Positions 52,610-63,719 of a DNA stretch of 64,000 bases are shown in pieces. Below the pieces are notes generated by a model. The model was not told where the DNA came from and did not search any database. It saw only the letters and a list, made by a program, of their open reading frames with translations. Within the stretch, counting starts at the first letter, position 1. Each line of letters starts with the position of its first letter. Source of the stretch: Sphyrna mokarran. Taxonomy: Eukaryota. The stretch covers positions 41,540,001 to 41,604,000 of the forward strand of contig JAGIQG010000011.1 of the NCBI GenBank assembly GCA_024679065.1. The letters are read 5' to 3'. The position numbers and the translations under genes are program-made.

Positions 52610-52782
52610 CTCACTCCTGCGCTTTGTGTCTGTGCCTTTGCTCAAAAGCGGCTGGAAGGAACGGCGGGTGTCACGTGACGACGCCAGTTGGGGTGAAAGG
52701 TTGCGGGCGCCCGGGCTGGTTATGCGCTTGCGCGTTGGGATCGGCTGCTGTCGGCGTTAGAGGAAGCGGTTTGGAGTTCCAG
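52610..52782 (+). promoter_or_regulatory. CpG-rich housekeeping-type promoter and non-coding exon 1 of lnpk
   Basis: Local GC/CpG peak. Palindromic GTCACGTGAC at 52670-52679, NRF1-like TGCGCTTGCGC at 52723-52733 and a strong donor CCAG|GTGAGT at 52782/52783. Confidence 0.7.
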
Positions 52783-53319
52783 GTGAGTGGGTTACAGCAG
52801 TGGAGGGAGGAGGGGTGGGCTAACTCCGGGCCGGCGTAATTCGGCCGCATGCCTAGGTCTCTGTACCAGCGGTTGTCATGGGAGAGTCCGGAACATTGTA
52901 TCATGCAGCTTAAACCTTTGCTGCTGAGGTGCCGATCGGCAGGCAGGGAGGCCTGGCCAGGCAGACCGCTCCCCGCTTCAGGAAAGGCCCTCCATTATTG
53001 GTACAGCGCTGCTGATGATTCTCATACACACTCAGCTGCAAATGAGAGCTGACTGGCTGCCTCAAATATGCTGTAGGCCTAGGTATTGATGCAAAAGTGC
53101 AAGTGTTTCTATGCAGAAAGTGCGCATAGTTACAGTAAGATGTTTCTAAGCCATGCGAAATATCTGAGGCCCGGTTCATGCTTGTAAGTCGAAAGAACAA
53201 AAATCATTCTACCAGTACAAATTTCGCCAGATTTAAATTTCTTTAAATTTAATATTAAAGACAAGCGTATTAGTTAAGTGAACGTAAAAGATTCCATGAT
53301 ACTTTTCGAGAAAGAGATG

Positions 53320-53475
53320 AGCTTTTCTGGTGTCCTGGTCAATATTTATCCCTCATCCAGTATTAACATAAAAATTATCTGGACATTTACCTCATTGCTG
53401 TTAATGGGATCTTGCTCTGTTTAAATTAACTAAAGTGTTTTCCAACATTGCAAGAATGCCTGCACTTCAAAAGTA
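53320..53475 (+). mobile_element. DeuSINE-family (SacSINE1/AmnSINE-like) central-domain fragment
   Basis: GGTGTCCTGGTCAATATTTATCCCTCA...TTATCTGGACATTTACCTCATTGCTGTTAATGGGATCTTGCT...CACTTCAAAAGTA resembles the Deu domain as I remember it. Confidence 0.65.
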
Positions 53476-53851
53476 AGTTCTGCCAATGGCCTTGTCAAAC
53501 AAATGGTATAACTTTAAACTAGTAGGAGATTTAGAAATGTTAAAAAAAATTTTCACAATGGCACAATTATTTCCTATCTATAACATTTATTTTATCTAAA
53601 TATTAATTGCAATTTGGAATTTCCAGAGTGTTCACATTTTTTGCATTAGGTTGAATGTCTTACTGAGAGCAATGTTAGTGAAAGATTTAATATTAAAGTG
53701 AAACTTAACTTTATAGTATGTATCCTATATTGTAAATTTGCAATTGTATTTTAATGGGTGAATTTGTTTATTCCACAGATGCAGATTTATTTGTGGCCCT
53801 TCAAATAAATAGATTGGATTATCTGTCTTAAATAACTTCAGTAAAAACAAA

Positions 53852-53878
53852 ATGGGATTGATGTTTTCTTGCTGGAGG
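53852..53878 (+). CDS. lnpk: Lunapark ER junction formation factor, first coding exon (partial; MGLMFSCWR); exon about 53779..53878
   Basis: Acceptor TTCCACAG at 53771-53778, then ATG GGA TTG ATG TTT TCT TGC TGG AGG|GTAAGT. Matches the 9-codon vertebrate LNPK start (human MGGLFSRWR), has Gly2 for myristoylation, and lies downstream of Evx2 on the same strand as in tetrapods. Later exons were not found in the window. Confidence 0.8.
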
Positions 53879-53995
53879 GTAAGTGATCAATTGCACTTAA
53901 TTCAAATTATGTAATAACAACTAGCATCTAAATAGCTGTTATGAAATATGAGTACAATAGCAAGTCTTTATATGCAGTGAATTTAAAGGAGACAA

Positions 53996-54110
53996 TTTTC
54001 ATGCAATGTAGGCATTGGTGGCAAGGCCAGCCTTTGCTAATTGCCTTTGAGATGAGAGTGATGAATTGCTGCATGTGGAATAGGTACACACTGAAAAAGG
54101 GAGTTTCAGG
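53996..54110 (-). mobile_element. Short 3'-tail fragment of the LINE/SINE family also seen at 56.0 and 58.8 kb
   Basis: TTTCATGCAATGTAGGCATTGGTGGCAAGGCCAG...CTAATTGCC resembles 56010-56065 and the reverse complement of 58810-58855. Confidence 0.5.
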
Positions 54111-55189
54111 TTTTATTTTGTTATTTTATATGTAGAGAGAAAGCACATTGATAAGCCTGTTTATTGATAGACTGCATTTTACTATGGACTGTTCAAAATG
54201 TTTCTGGGAATTCTATTTTCAGCTTTATTTGCCTTTTAAATAAGTTGAGGTTGGAATATAAAGTTTTAGTGTGTAATGCTCCATAGTTTTCTGATTGACT
54301 CTGAAATTTGAAGAATGGTGTTGAGTATGGCTATGTTGCTATTAGTACCAATCTTGTCCTAAAAATGTTAATGAATTAAACAACAAACTGTGGCTGAATA
54401 GGAACTTGATAGTTGGGAATAAATAAATTATAATGTCCTTCATTTTGTGCTAGCTTTTTAATTCAAATGTATGAGAGGAGAGAAAATGATTTTGGGAATT
54501 CTAAATAGATTCTTGTTCTGTAAGTTGAATTGTAGACTTTTAATATTAGTGCCTGATGATGGATTGAAGCTGTTCAAATTACTGGCTAAAAGATGGGCAT
54601 TTTTGTTTAGAGAATTGGGGTCATACATTTGAGTCTTGGAGGGAAACGTTGACCTAAACTTTAGATTTTGAGAAAAACATGCAGTGTTGCAAGGGACCGC
54701 AGGTGGAAGGGCATAAAAGTATTCTTTCATAAAGACTAATAAAAAAAAAAAATTGATTTCAATCTCAGAAATATGGTCAATTCTCCAAGTTTTCTGTGAT
54801 ACAGATCAAAATGAAATTTGTCCTGTAGAAAGAAAGCCTCTTGCATGTTACCTACAAAATAGTATTTCCAATGAAGTTCAATGTTGTCTTATGCTTTATT
54901 TCCCCAAGTAGCAACAACATTGATTCAGTGTGACCTTGTGCTATTTTAATAAGTAGCCTAGTTGAAGGTTAATTGCTAAAGCCTAATGATAGCTTGTTGC
55001 AACATGCAACATGTCTCAGGAGTTTGGAGCCTATGAGCTTATCCCTGGATATTGACTTGACATATTTGATATAATTAAAATGCAGTGATTTCCCCATTGC
55101 ATCTAAAATATTCTTTTAACTCGGAACTTAAAATTTTGAAGTTATAATTATTATTTCTGTGCAAATGTTGTCAGTCACTCAGAGTGTAG

Positions 55190-55705
55190 CATGCACAGAA
55201 GCCATTTGGCCCGTTGGCTCTGGAAGAGAAATCCAGTTAATCTCTCACTTTCACTGTATCGCTACACTTTTTTTCACCTTCATGGATTTATCCAATTCTT
55301 CTTGAAGGCTACTATTGAATCTCTATCCACTGCTTGATCAGGCAGTGCATTTCAAATCCTAACCGTAAATGTACAAAAACGATTTTCCTTATGTCACCTC
55401 TGGTTCCTTCGCCAATCATTTTAAATCTGTGCCCCCTGGCTTTCAACTCTTCTGTGATTAGAAACCGATTCTTTTTATTTACTCTGTCTAAATCTTCAAG
55501 GTTTTAAATATCTTTGTCAAATCTTCCTTTGGCTTTCTGTGCTTGAAGGTAAAAAATTCCATCTTGTCCCGTATGTCTGTGTACCTAATTCTTCATGTCT
55601 AGAGTCATCCCGGTAAATCTCTACTGTTCCCTTTCTGAAACCTTCACATTCTTTTGAAAATGTGAAGCCAAAGTACTGCAGCTGGGTTGAACTAATGTTT
55701 TCTAT
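55190..55705 (-). mobile_element. CR1-type LINE 3' fragment
   Basis: The reverse strand carries CR1 3' motifs (plus-strand GCCATTTGGCCC, AGGCAGTGCATTTCA, TTTAAATCTGTGCCCCCTGG, GGTAAATCTCTACTG). Confidence 0.75.
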
Positions 55706-56004
55706 TGGTTTAACCTCTGGCTTTGGTTCTTTATGTCTCTATTTATGTCCTGATATTAAAAGATGCTGCCATGATTTGAATAGTAGTTTTTCAACCTCAA
55801 TTATTTGTGTAGTTAAATTTCCCTTTTGTACGTATTATAATTTATGGCTTTTTTGCTATACATTTTCCCTTGGGTTCAGCATCACTGGCCACTCCAGTAA
55901 GTAGACTTGTATGCATTTTTAATGAATTGACATACCTGCACAATACCTAGCTGTATGTGTCAAGACACAGGAATTGAATGGGAACTTTCACCACTGTATT
56001 TATC

Positions 56005-56900
56005 TTGTTCTTTTATGGGACATGGGTGTCACTGGCAAGGCTGTCATTTATTACCCATCCCTAATTTCACGTGAGCTGAATGGCTCAGCCATTTCAGAGG
56101 GTAGTGTCAGAGATCCTGTACCAACAATCTTAGGCACTCTTAGTCGACTTGAGTACAAACAGTGCTAGACATCATGCAAAATCCTTTAATGATTTGTGCA
56201 CAAAAAGAACCATCTTGTAGTTGTTCTGTAAGTATTTCTGAAGTTATAGAAAAACAAATTAGCAATTATATCAATTACAGCACATCAAAAATGAGCAATT
56301 TTTCTAATCCTTCATTTGCACACATTCATCAATTAAATCTTGGCTTTTCATCCTTAGTCATTTGATGAAAAACTAGTTTCTGCTAATCTTTTATTTACAT
56401 AGCATATCCCCATATCTTGCCTTTGGCATTTGTTGTGGAAAAATTTGGTTTTGCTTACCCTCCGATGAAGGCCAAAAAGCAGAATGTTATGGGACTTATG
56501 TGGATGAAGATTAGCCTGTTCATGCTGGAATAGCAGACACTGACTCCTTTGAAGGTCTGCAAGCTGATAAATGTTTTAAAAACTGTACAGAGAAAGCATG
56601 AAACATTAATTTGAGCATTTTAGCTTTTGCACAATTTAGCTTCCGAATAATGAAACTTCAATCTGAGCATTTCAACTTCCACAGAGTTAAGAATCAATCA
56701 TAATACCGTGGGTCTGCAATCACATATAGGCTAGATGGGATAAAAATGGCAGATTTTCAATTTTTGAACCAGAGATTTTTTCAGAAATTGTGGATAAATT
56801 TCACAGTCGTCATTACTGAGGCTAACTTTATATTCCAAAGTTATTAACCTATGTCCCCAGGGCTTTGGATTAATATCACTACACCACCATATCCTCCTCG
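56005..56900 (-). mobile_element. tRNA-derived SINE split in two (about 56005-56104 and 56684-56900) by a nested insertion
   Basis: The left part ends GCCATTTCAGAGGGTAG and the right part starts GAGTTAAGAATCAATCA...GTGGGTCTGCAATCACATATAGGC. Together they rebuild a shark SINE I recall (GCCATTTCAGAGGGCAGTTAAGAGTCAACCAC), with the head near CACTACACCACCATATCCTCC. Confidence 0.6.
56105..56683. mobile_element. 579-bp TG...CA-bounded insert, candidate solo LTR
   Basis: Begins TGTCAG and ends TCCACA. Flanks GTAG / G-AG are compatible with a decayed 4-bp target-site duplication. Confidence 0.4.
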
Positions 56901-57299
56901 GAATGTAATGGGGATATAAAACACAATATGAGATGTGCATTCTTCAGCTCACCAAAAATGTTATCTGATTTAAATTATAAACCAAAAAAAAATTAATGCT
57001 GAACAGATAAATAACTAACATTCAATATAAACAAAAACTTTATACCTTCAATTCTGAAAGAATAAATTGCTTTTATACTACTTGCAACAGAAAATTTATT
57101 TTTGATATTCAGTTACTCATGGTGAAATTTATTTTTGCTGGCTTTAGACTGCTGTGATATGTTGGAACCAAGGACTCTGGGGAGAGCATTATCTTTCATA
57201 ATAACAATTGATTATTTGCCATTTATTGGTTATCAATTGTACATAAATAGAGCTGTCATTTCCCATAAAATTCAGACGTCACTTGACCTTGCCTGTCTG

Positions 57300-58856
57300 T
57301 ACCTGAGCAGGTTGATAGAATTGAATAAATAAATGGGATAGATTCAGAACAGATCTAGCTGCTCAAAACTGGTCATCCATGTGGTGCTGTAGGGCTTCAA
57401 CAGCAGCAGAATTGTACATAGCCACAATCTGCAACCTCATGAACCAGTTTTTTTTTACCCTTACCATTGCCATCAAGCCAGAGAACCAATCCTGCATTAC
57501 TCAGGAGTGTAGGACAGGAGCCGCACCAGATATGCCAAAAAATGAGGTGTTAAACCTAATGAAACTACACCACAGGACTATTTGCATGCCAAATAGCAGA
57601 AACAGCGTGTGACAAACAGAGCTAAATGATCCCACAACCGATGAATCGCATCTAAGCTCTGCAGTCTGGCCACATCAGTAATGAATGTTGATGGAGAATT
57701 AAACAACAAGAGGAGGATGCTCCACAAATGTCCTTGTTTTCAATAATGGAAGATGTCTAGCACATAAGCCTAAAGATAAGACTGAAACACTTACAACAGT
57801 GTTCAGCCAGAAGTGCCAAATGGATGATCCATGTTGGCCTCCCTTGGAGGTCCCCAGCATCATAGATGCCAATCTTCAGCCAATTCAATTCATTCAGTGT
57901 GGTTTCAGGAAATGATTGAATGCTGCAAAGACTATGGACCCTGACAACATTCCAACAATAGGACTGAAAACTTGTGCTCCAGAACTTGCTGTGCATCTTG
58001 CCCAACTGCTTCAGTCCAGGTCCAGCATTGGCACCTGTCTGGCAAATTACTTAGGTGTGTTCTGCCCCCAAAATGTAGGTCAAATCCAACCCATTGAATT
58101 ACCACCCAAGTGTTATACAGTGCTTTCAAATGGCATTTACAAAGTAATCACCTGCTCACTGATGCTCAGTTTGGGTTCTGTAGGGCACTGAATTTCAACC
58201 CCTTCATTACATCTGTAGTCCCAAAATAAATAAAAGAGCTGAAATGAAGAGGTGAGGTAAGAGTGACTGCTCTTGATGTTAAGGTGGTATTTGACCCAGT
58301 GTTGCACCAAGGAGCCCTATTAAATCTGAAGTTGATGGGAATCAGGTGGCATACCTAGCATGAAGGAAGATGCTTTGGTTATTGGAGGTCAATCATCTGT
58401 CCAAAAACAATGCTGCAAGATTTCTTCAGGGTAGTGTTTTAGGCCTAACTATTTAAGGTTGCTTCTTCAATAACAGAAGTGGGCATGTTCGCTAATTGTA
58501 CATTGTTCAGCACCATTCACTTCTCCTCCGATACTGAAGCAGTTTGTGTCCATCTGCAGTCAGACCTGGAGAACATTTGAGTTTGGACTAATAAAAATGG
58601 TGAATAAAATTCTGCAACACAAGTGCCAGGCAAAGGTCATCTTCAGAGAGAATATAACCTTCACCCTTTAACATTCTGTACCATTACTATTGCTGAATAA
58701 CTAACATACTGGGGCTTACATTAACCAGAAACTGAAATGGACTTGTCATATAAATGCTGTGGCTAATTTACCACTTGATTCCCTGAGGTCTATCCATCTA
58801 TAAAACAAATATAGCCAGGGATTGCCTATATCCCATGAACAAATTGAAAAAAAACA
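57300..58856 (+). mobile_element. Degenerate non-LTR retrotransposon (CR1/L2-group) RT fragment with 3' tail
   Basis: KTMDPDNIPTIGLKTCAPELAVHLAQLL (ORF 57916), LDVKVVFDPVLHQGALLNL near 58270, QGSVLG near 58425 and a decayed MFAD(D) near 58485. Many stops and indels. Ends ATCCCATGAACAAATTGAAAAAAAA. Confidence 0.8.
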
Positions 58857-58889
58857 CTGGATGGATTTAAAATTGGTCAGAAGACATTG

Positions 58890-59998
58890 GAAAAGCTGCC
58901 TGTACTTAGTTGATAAGACACCAGGATTAGATGCGATGCATCCAAGAAAGAATGGAAATTGAGGACACACTGGGCATAATTTTCCATTCTTCCTTTGATC
59001 TGGGAGTGATGCTAGAGGGCTCCTTGTTTATAAAATGGAGTAAGAATAAGCCCAGCAATTGTAGACCAGTCAGTTTTCGTGGGGAAGATTCTGATAATTT
59101 GGGAGAAGATTAATAGTCGCAGGACACAATTTCAAAATTAGAGGATGGAAAGAAACTTGACAGCATTATGAATTGAAGTGAATATTGTAGAACATCAGAA
59201 GGACATAGACAAGCAGATGGAATGGGCAGGCAAATGGTGAATGCAAAGAAATATGAAATGTTTGATTTTCTTAGGAAGGAAATGGGCAGACAAGATAAAA
59301 CAAAGGGGACTATTCGAAAGGGAGATCAGCAGCAGAGGGACCTGGTGTACATTTGCACCAATTGAAAGTGGCAGGACACATTGCGAGTGGTTAATGAAGT
59401 ACAAGTATATTGGGCTTTATTAATAGGGACATAAAGTACAAGTGCATAGAGGTTATGTTAAACTTGTTTCAAATACTGATTTGGTCTCAACTGGCCAGTT
59501 CTGGGCATCGTGAAGGCATTGGAGAGTGCAGTAAGTATTAACAGAAATGGTTCAAGGATGAGAAGCTTCATTTCTAAAGATGGATTGGGGAAGTTTGGAT
59601 TGTTTTCCTTGGAGAAGAAAAAGCGGAAAGGAAATTTACTAGAGATATTCTCTGTCATGAGAAATCTGGAACGGAGTAGATAGCGAAAAACTGCAGTCAC
59701 TGATGGAAAAATCAAGAATTTAAGGGACATAGATTTAAGGCATTTGATAAAAGAAGCAATAATGGATGAAACCCTTTTCATGTAATGAGTGATTTGATCT
59801 GGAATATATTGCCTGAGTGTGTGGTGGAACTGATTCAATTGTGACATTTTAGTGAAGAAATTGCATTATTACCAAGAAAGGAAGAATATACAGGATTATT
59901 GAGAGAAGGTCCTGGTGTGGCACTCTGGGAATTGTGCATTCCAAGAGCCTGTGCAGACCCAGGCTGAATGACCTTTTGTGGTGTAACAATTCTGTGAA
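58890..59998 (+). mobile_element. CR1-type LINE, internally deleted RT-to-3'-end fragment
   Basis: DKTPGLDAMHPR, IIFHSSFDLGV, KPSNCRPVS, QKDIDKQMEWAGKW and GLFSLEK motifs, plus a CR1-like terminus GCTGAATGACC...TGTAACAATTCTGTGA. Confidence 0.8.
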
Positions 59999-60189
59999 GG
60001 CATGGCATGAGGTTTTTGTTGTTGGTAAGGCAGGGGTCTTACGGTGTAGAAAGACAATGTATTGGGAATAGGCACTGTAACAATGAGGAGTTTTATCTGA
60101 ATTCTAATTATATTTAAAATTTTATGTTTAGAGAAAATTTTGGTTACTGTCATGTTAGTATCAAGATCCAAGAAATACCAACCTCTAAA

Positions 60190-60340
60190 GTCTGTCTATG
60201 TAGTTGAAGTCCTTCGTCCTGGCACCACTCTGATAAATTCCTTTTTGTATCTTCTCCTAAATACCTTGACATCAATCCTAAAGTGTAATGGCCAGCAATC
60301 GGCATAATAATCTAGTTGAGGCCTAACAAGTGACATAGCA
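60190..60340 (-). mobile_element. Short CR1-type LINE fragment
   Basis: CCTGGCACCACTCTGATAAATTCC...CCTTGACATCAATCCTAAAGTGTAATGGCCAG...AGTTGAGGCCTAAC parallels 55580-55700. Confidence 0.55.
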
Positions 60341-62221
60341 TAAATCACTTGTTACGTTTCAGCTGAATTATTGTGTTCAAATCTGGCATCAGAATAAATC
60401 ACCTTCTAATAAAAATGAAAAACTGGAGGACAACTTAGCTGCTACAGTGATTTTGAGATTACCCATTTCCATTTTGGTTAAAAATGGTTATGATTAGACA
60501 TGAAGAAAGGGACAAACCAATTTAGTTTGACTTGCCCCACAGATCTTTCAGCTCATGCTCTTTTGGCTCTTGTGTTCTATAATTTAAATATAATTTTCAA
60601 AGTAATTCAGGCAGGTTTTATGCTAGTCGCAATTTGGAACTCAGTATTCAGAAGAATAAGTTTAAGGGTGCTGTTACATTGTCACATTTATCTCAACCTA
60701 TTAGCTTTGTTTCAATTCCATCCTAAAATATTTGTTTTCTTTAATTTGCTTCTTTGATAGTTTATTTATTTCCCCTTCCCAAAAGCATGGATTTGTCATT
60801 GGATACAATTCCACAGGCAATGATGGCTATCCAGTCTTTAACCCACGTAACTGCTGCTTATATTTGAGTCTTGATTGGTTTTAGCAGGCAGCCTGATTGC
60901 TGAACTTGACCTCATCTTTCATGATGGTTATGCACATGTACTCCAGGCAGGAATTGTTTTTTTTCCTTTTTTTCCTCCATACTGCATAACTTGGGAAAAT
61001 AAGGCCAGATGTGGTATCCTTATTGCTATCTTGGCTGGCATTAGTTAGCCCAATACATCAAAATCAAGTTGACACTTCCCTAGTTCTTTTGACTTAGCGC
61101 TTTATGATCAACTCAGTGAGCTTTCAGGGAGCCCTATATGCATTCACGTTGCTTTCTATTTGCATGGAAATTAGGATAATTTACCTTGTGACTTAATAAA
61201 CTTTATTTAAATTAATTGGGAAATTCAAGGAATACAAATACGGTTAGTGCTCTAACGACAAATGTAATGCATTTTGGTGCCTTATTATCCAATTATTATA
61301 GTTAAATTCAGTTTGCATGATTTGTGAATCAGTCAAGATTCTAGTTTTGTTTTCGTTGGAATGGGAGTCCAGCAAATCAGTCACTTGATATACACAATCT
61401 CAGTAACCCAAAAATGTCAAATAGAGTTTGACGGATACATAAAAGTAATTGATACTGAACATAAATTAGATATGACATTAATGACCAGACAGGCACTTAT
61501 GGATTCTGCAATCAAATTAAATTTTTCATTAACGGAAGAAGTAGTAACATTTTTTAATGTATTGAGTAAAGAAGCTCTAAATGAGAACATAGTCTCCTCT
61601 TGAAAAGCAGTACACCACCTCTTTGATCTCTTAAAGCCAACTAATCACTTATTGAATTACTTAGTTTTCTCTTTTACACTCTCTTTAAATCTGGAACATA
61701 ACCTAATCTCATGTGACTCTTCATCATAGTTTCTCAATTTAAAAACTGAAAAAATAAAAAACACATTATAGATTTCTCTACAAGTCAGTATTTTATAACA
61801 GGCTTTATTTAGAGATTATGCTGTTCATTATTATGTAAATTATAGAAACTTCTTGGCTTTTTAGTTCACTAGCAGCAATTTTTGTGAAACCATTGTTGGC
61901 GGAATCCTATGATGTCTGCAGTTGCTGCTGTTTTGGGCTCCCTTTTAGTTTCCATATAGCTTTCTTCTCCTGGTTCCCCTTGTTTCTGATAACTCTTCAG
62001 AGATATTTAAATGTTCTGTTGTTCAGTGGAATAGCTTTCGAATGGTTCGGTATTGTATTCTGATGTCAGTCTTCATCTTTTTTAATCAAAAAGAATCTAC
62101 GTCTTTTGAATTTAGTAGTGAATTTTTTTAACTGAGGATTGAAGGCACAGGACCAATGCACACACTGCAGGCAAGTAACAAAATTCAGTAAGGGAAATGA
62201 TCAAAGAATCTGACACTACTG

Positions 62222-62470
62222 AAGAAAGCCATTTGGCCTATTGAGTCTCAACCAACCACAATCTCACCCAGACCCTATCCCCATAACCTCATGTCTAGCT
62301 AGTTGCCCTGACATCAAAGGGCAATTTAGCCTGGCCAGTCTACTGAACCCACACATCGTTCAAACTGAGGAAACCCATGCAGAGATGGGGAGAATGTACA
62401 GACTCTGCACGGACAAGCCAGGAACCAAACATAGGTCCCTGGAGCTGCGAGGCAGCAGTGCTAATCCATC
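62222..62470 (-). mobile_element. HE1-like V-SINE (elasmobranch tRNA-derived SINE)
   Basis: Reverse strand reads TTAGCACTGCTGCCTCGCAGCTCCAGGGACC...GAGTCTGTACATTCTCCCCATCTCTGCATGGGTTTCCTC...GCTAAATTGCCC...GGCCAAATGGC: a tRNA-like head, the V domain and a CR1-like tail. Confidence 0.8.
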
Positions 62471-62679
62471 TTGGATAGTAATGTCCACATCCTGTGAATG
62501 AATAATGAGCGAGCAGAAGTGCACTTTCTAACCTGCTTGTCCCTTTGGGCACAGGGAGATGCAGAGCGACATTCAGAGCCTGAATACATAGGAAGTTGCT
62601 ATGTGTGTTTCTAATTTCCTCTAGAGTTGGAGGGGACATTGGCAAGGCTGTAAGTTAGGGGTGAGTTAAAAAGGTTAAG

Positions 62680-63470
62680 CGATGTTTCACTTGCAGCTCT
62701 TTCAGTTTAGTCGATTGCATTCACTGCTCCCAATGTGATTGTCTCTATATCAGAGACATCAAGCATAGACTAGGTGATTGCGCACAGACCGAAGGTGCTC
62801 AGCAAAGCAATCAGAACCCTGATCTTCCGGTTGCTTGCCATTTTAATACACGATCCTGTTCCTATGCCCATATGTCTGTCCTTGGCCTGTTGCAGTTTTC
62901 CAGTGAAGCTCAGCGCAAATTGAATGAACAAGATCTCATCTTCTGGCTAGGCACTTCTACAGGCTTTCGCTCTCAACATCGAATTCAACAACTTCAGATG
63001 ATTAGCTCTGTCCCACCTTGACCCCTTTGTTTTCATTTTATTTAATTTTTTACTTCTCTCTACCTTTTCTTTATTGTTTTCCTTCCCCCCCCCACTCTTT
63101 CCCCCTACCTTATCCCTGTTTTTCTTGCCTTTACTCCCGCTTTGATTCCCCTCCCCTTTTTCTAAATGTTATCTCTCTCCCACCCCTTTCTTCCCCCTCC
63201 CCCTCCCACATCTTCATCTGTCACAACTTACTTTCTGATTTCAGCTTGTTTGCTGTTTGGTCATTCTCACCCTTTAAACTCTCTATGGACTATCATTAGC
63301 AGCCTATTCCCCTGGTTTTTGTGACTATGATTCAGCTTTCATTCCCTCGCTCTGCAGTATAACTATCTCCCACATTCTTTTCCTTTTACCTTTGACAGTC
63401 ATCTGGACTCAACATCAGCTGTTTTCTCTCCCTACAGGTGCTGCTGAGATTTTTCAGCATTTTCTTTATT
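62680..63470 (+). mobile_element. Penelope-like element 3' fragment (GIY-YIG endonuclease remnant plus 3' region)
   Basis: Decayed frames read FTCSSFSLVDCIHCSQCDCLYIRDIKHRLGD...PDLPVACHFN...HMSVLGL...QRKLNEQDLIFWLGT...LNIEFNNFR*, followed by a pyrimidine-rich tract and a TCTCTCCCTACAG.TGCTG...CAGCATTTTCT end. Confidence 0.75.
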
Positions 63471-63719
63471 GGCCTGGCTGTATTTCTTTCTCAGCGCTCT
63501 TTTCCCTACAAATGTGGTTGGAAACTCCCTGTATAATGTGCTTACATGTGTCGATGTTATTTCTCTAAAGGTATTAAGGTTATTGACCCAATAATGCAGA
63601 AGAATGATTCTGATGCTGAACTTGGCTTTACAAAACCTGCTGATTCTAAGAATAAGGAATTATTAGGTGAGGCAGACGTTCACAATTTTGAACTCGCAGG
63701 GAAAAAAAGTGAATGGAGT

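Noticed and set aside
63385-63425. Possible hammerhead ribozyme at the Penelope 3' end
   Set aside because: Penelope elements often carry one, but the CUGANGA and GAAA core boxes are not intact here (TTTGACAGTC...CTCAAC); at most a dead remnant.
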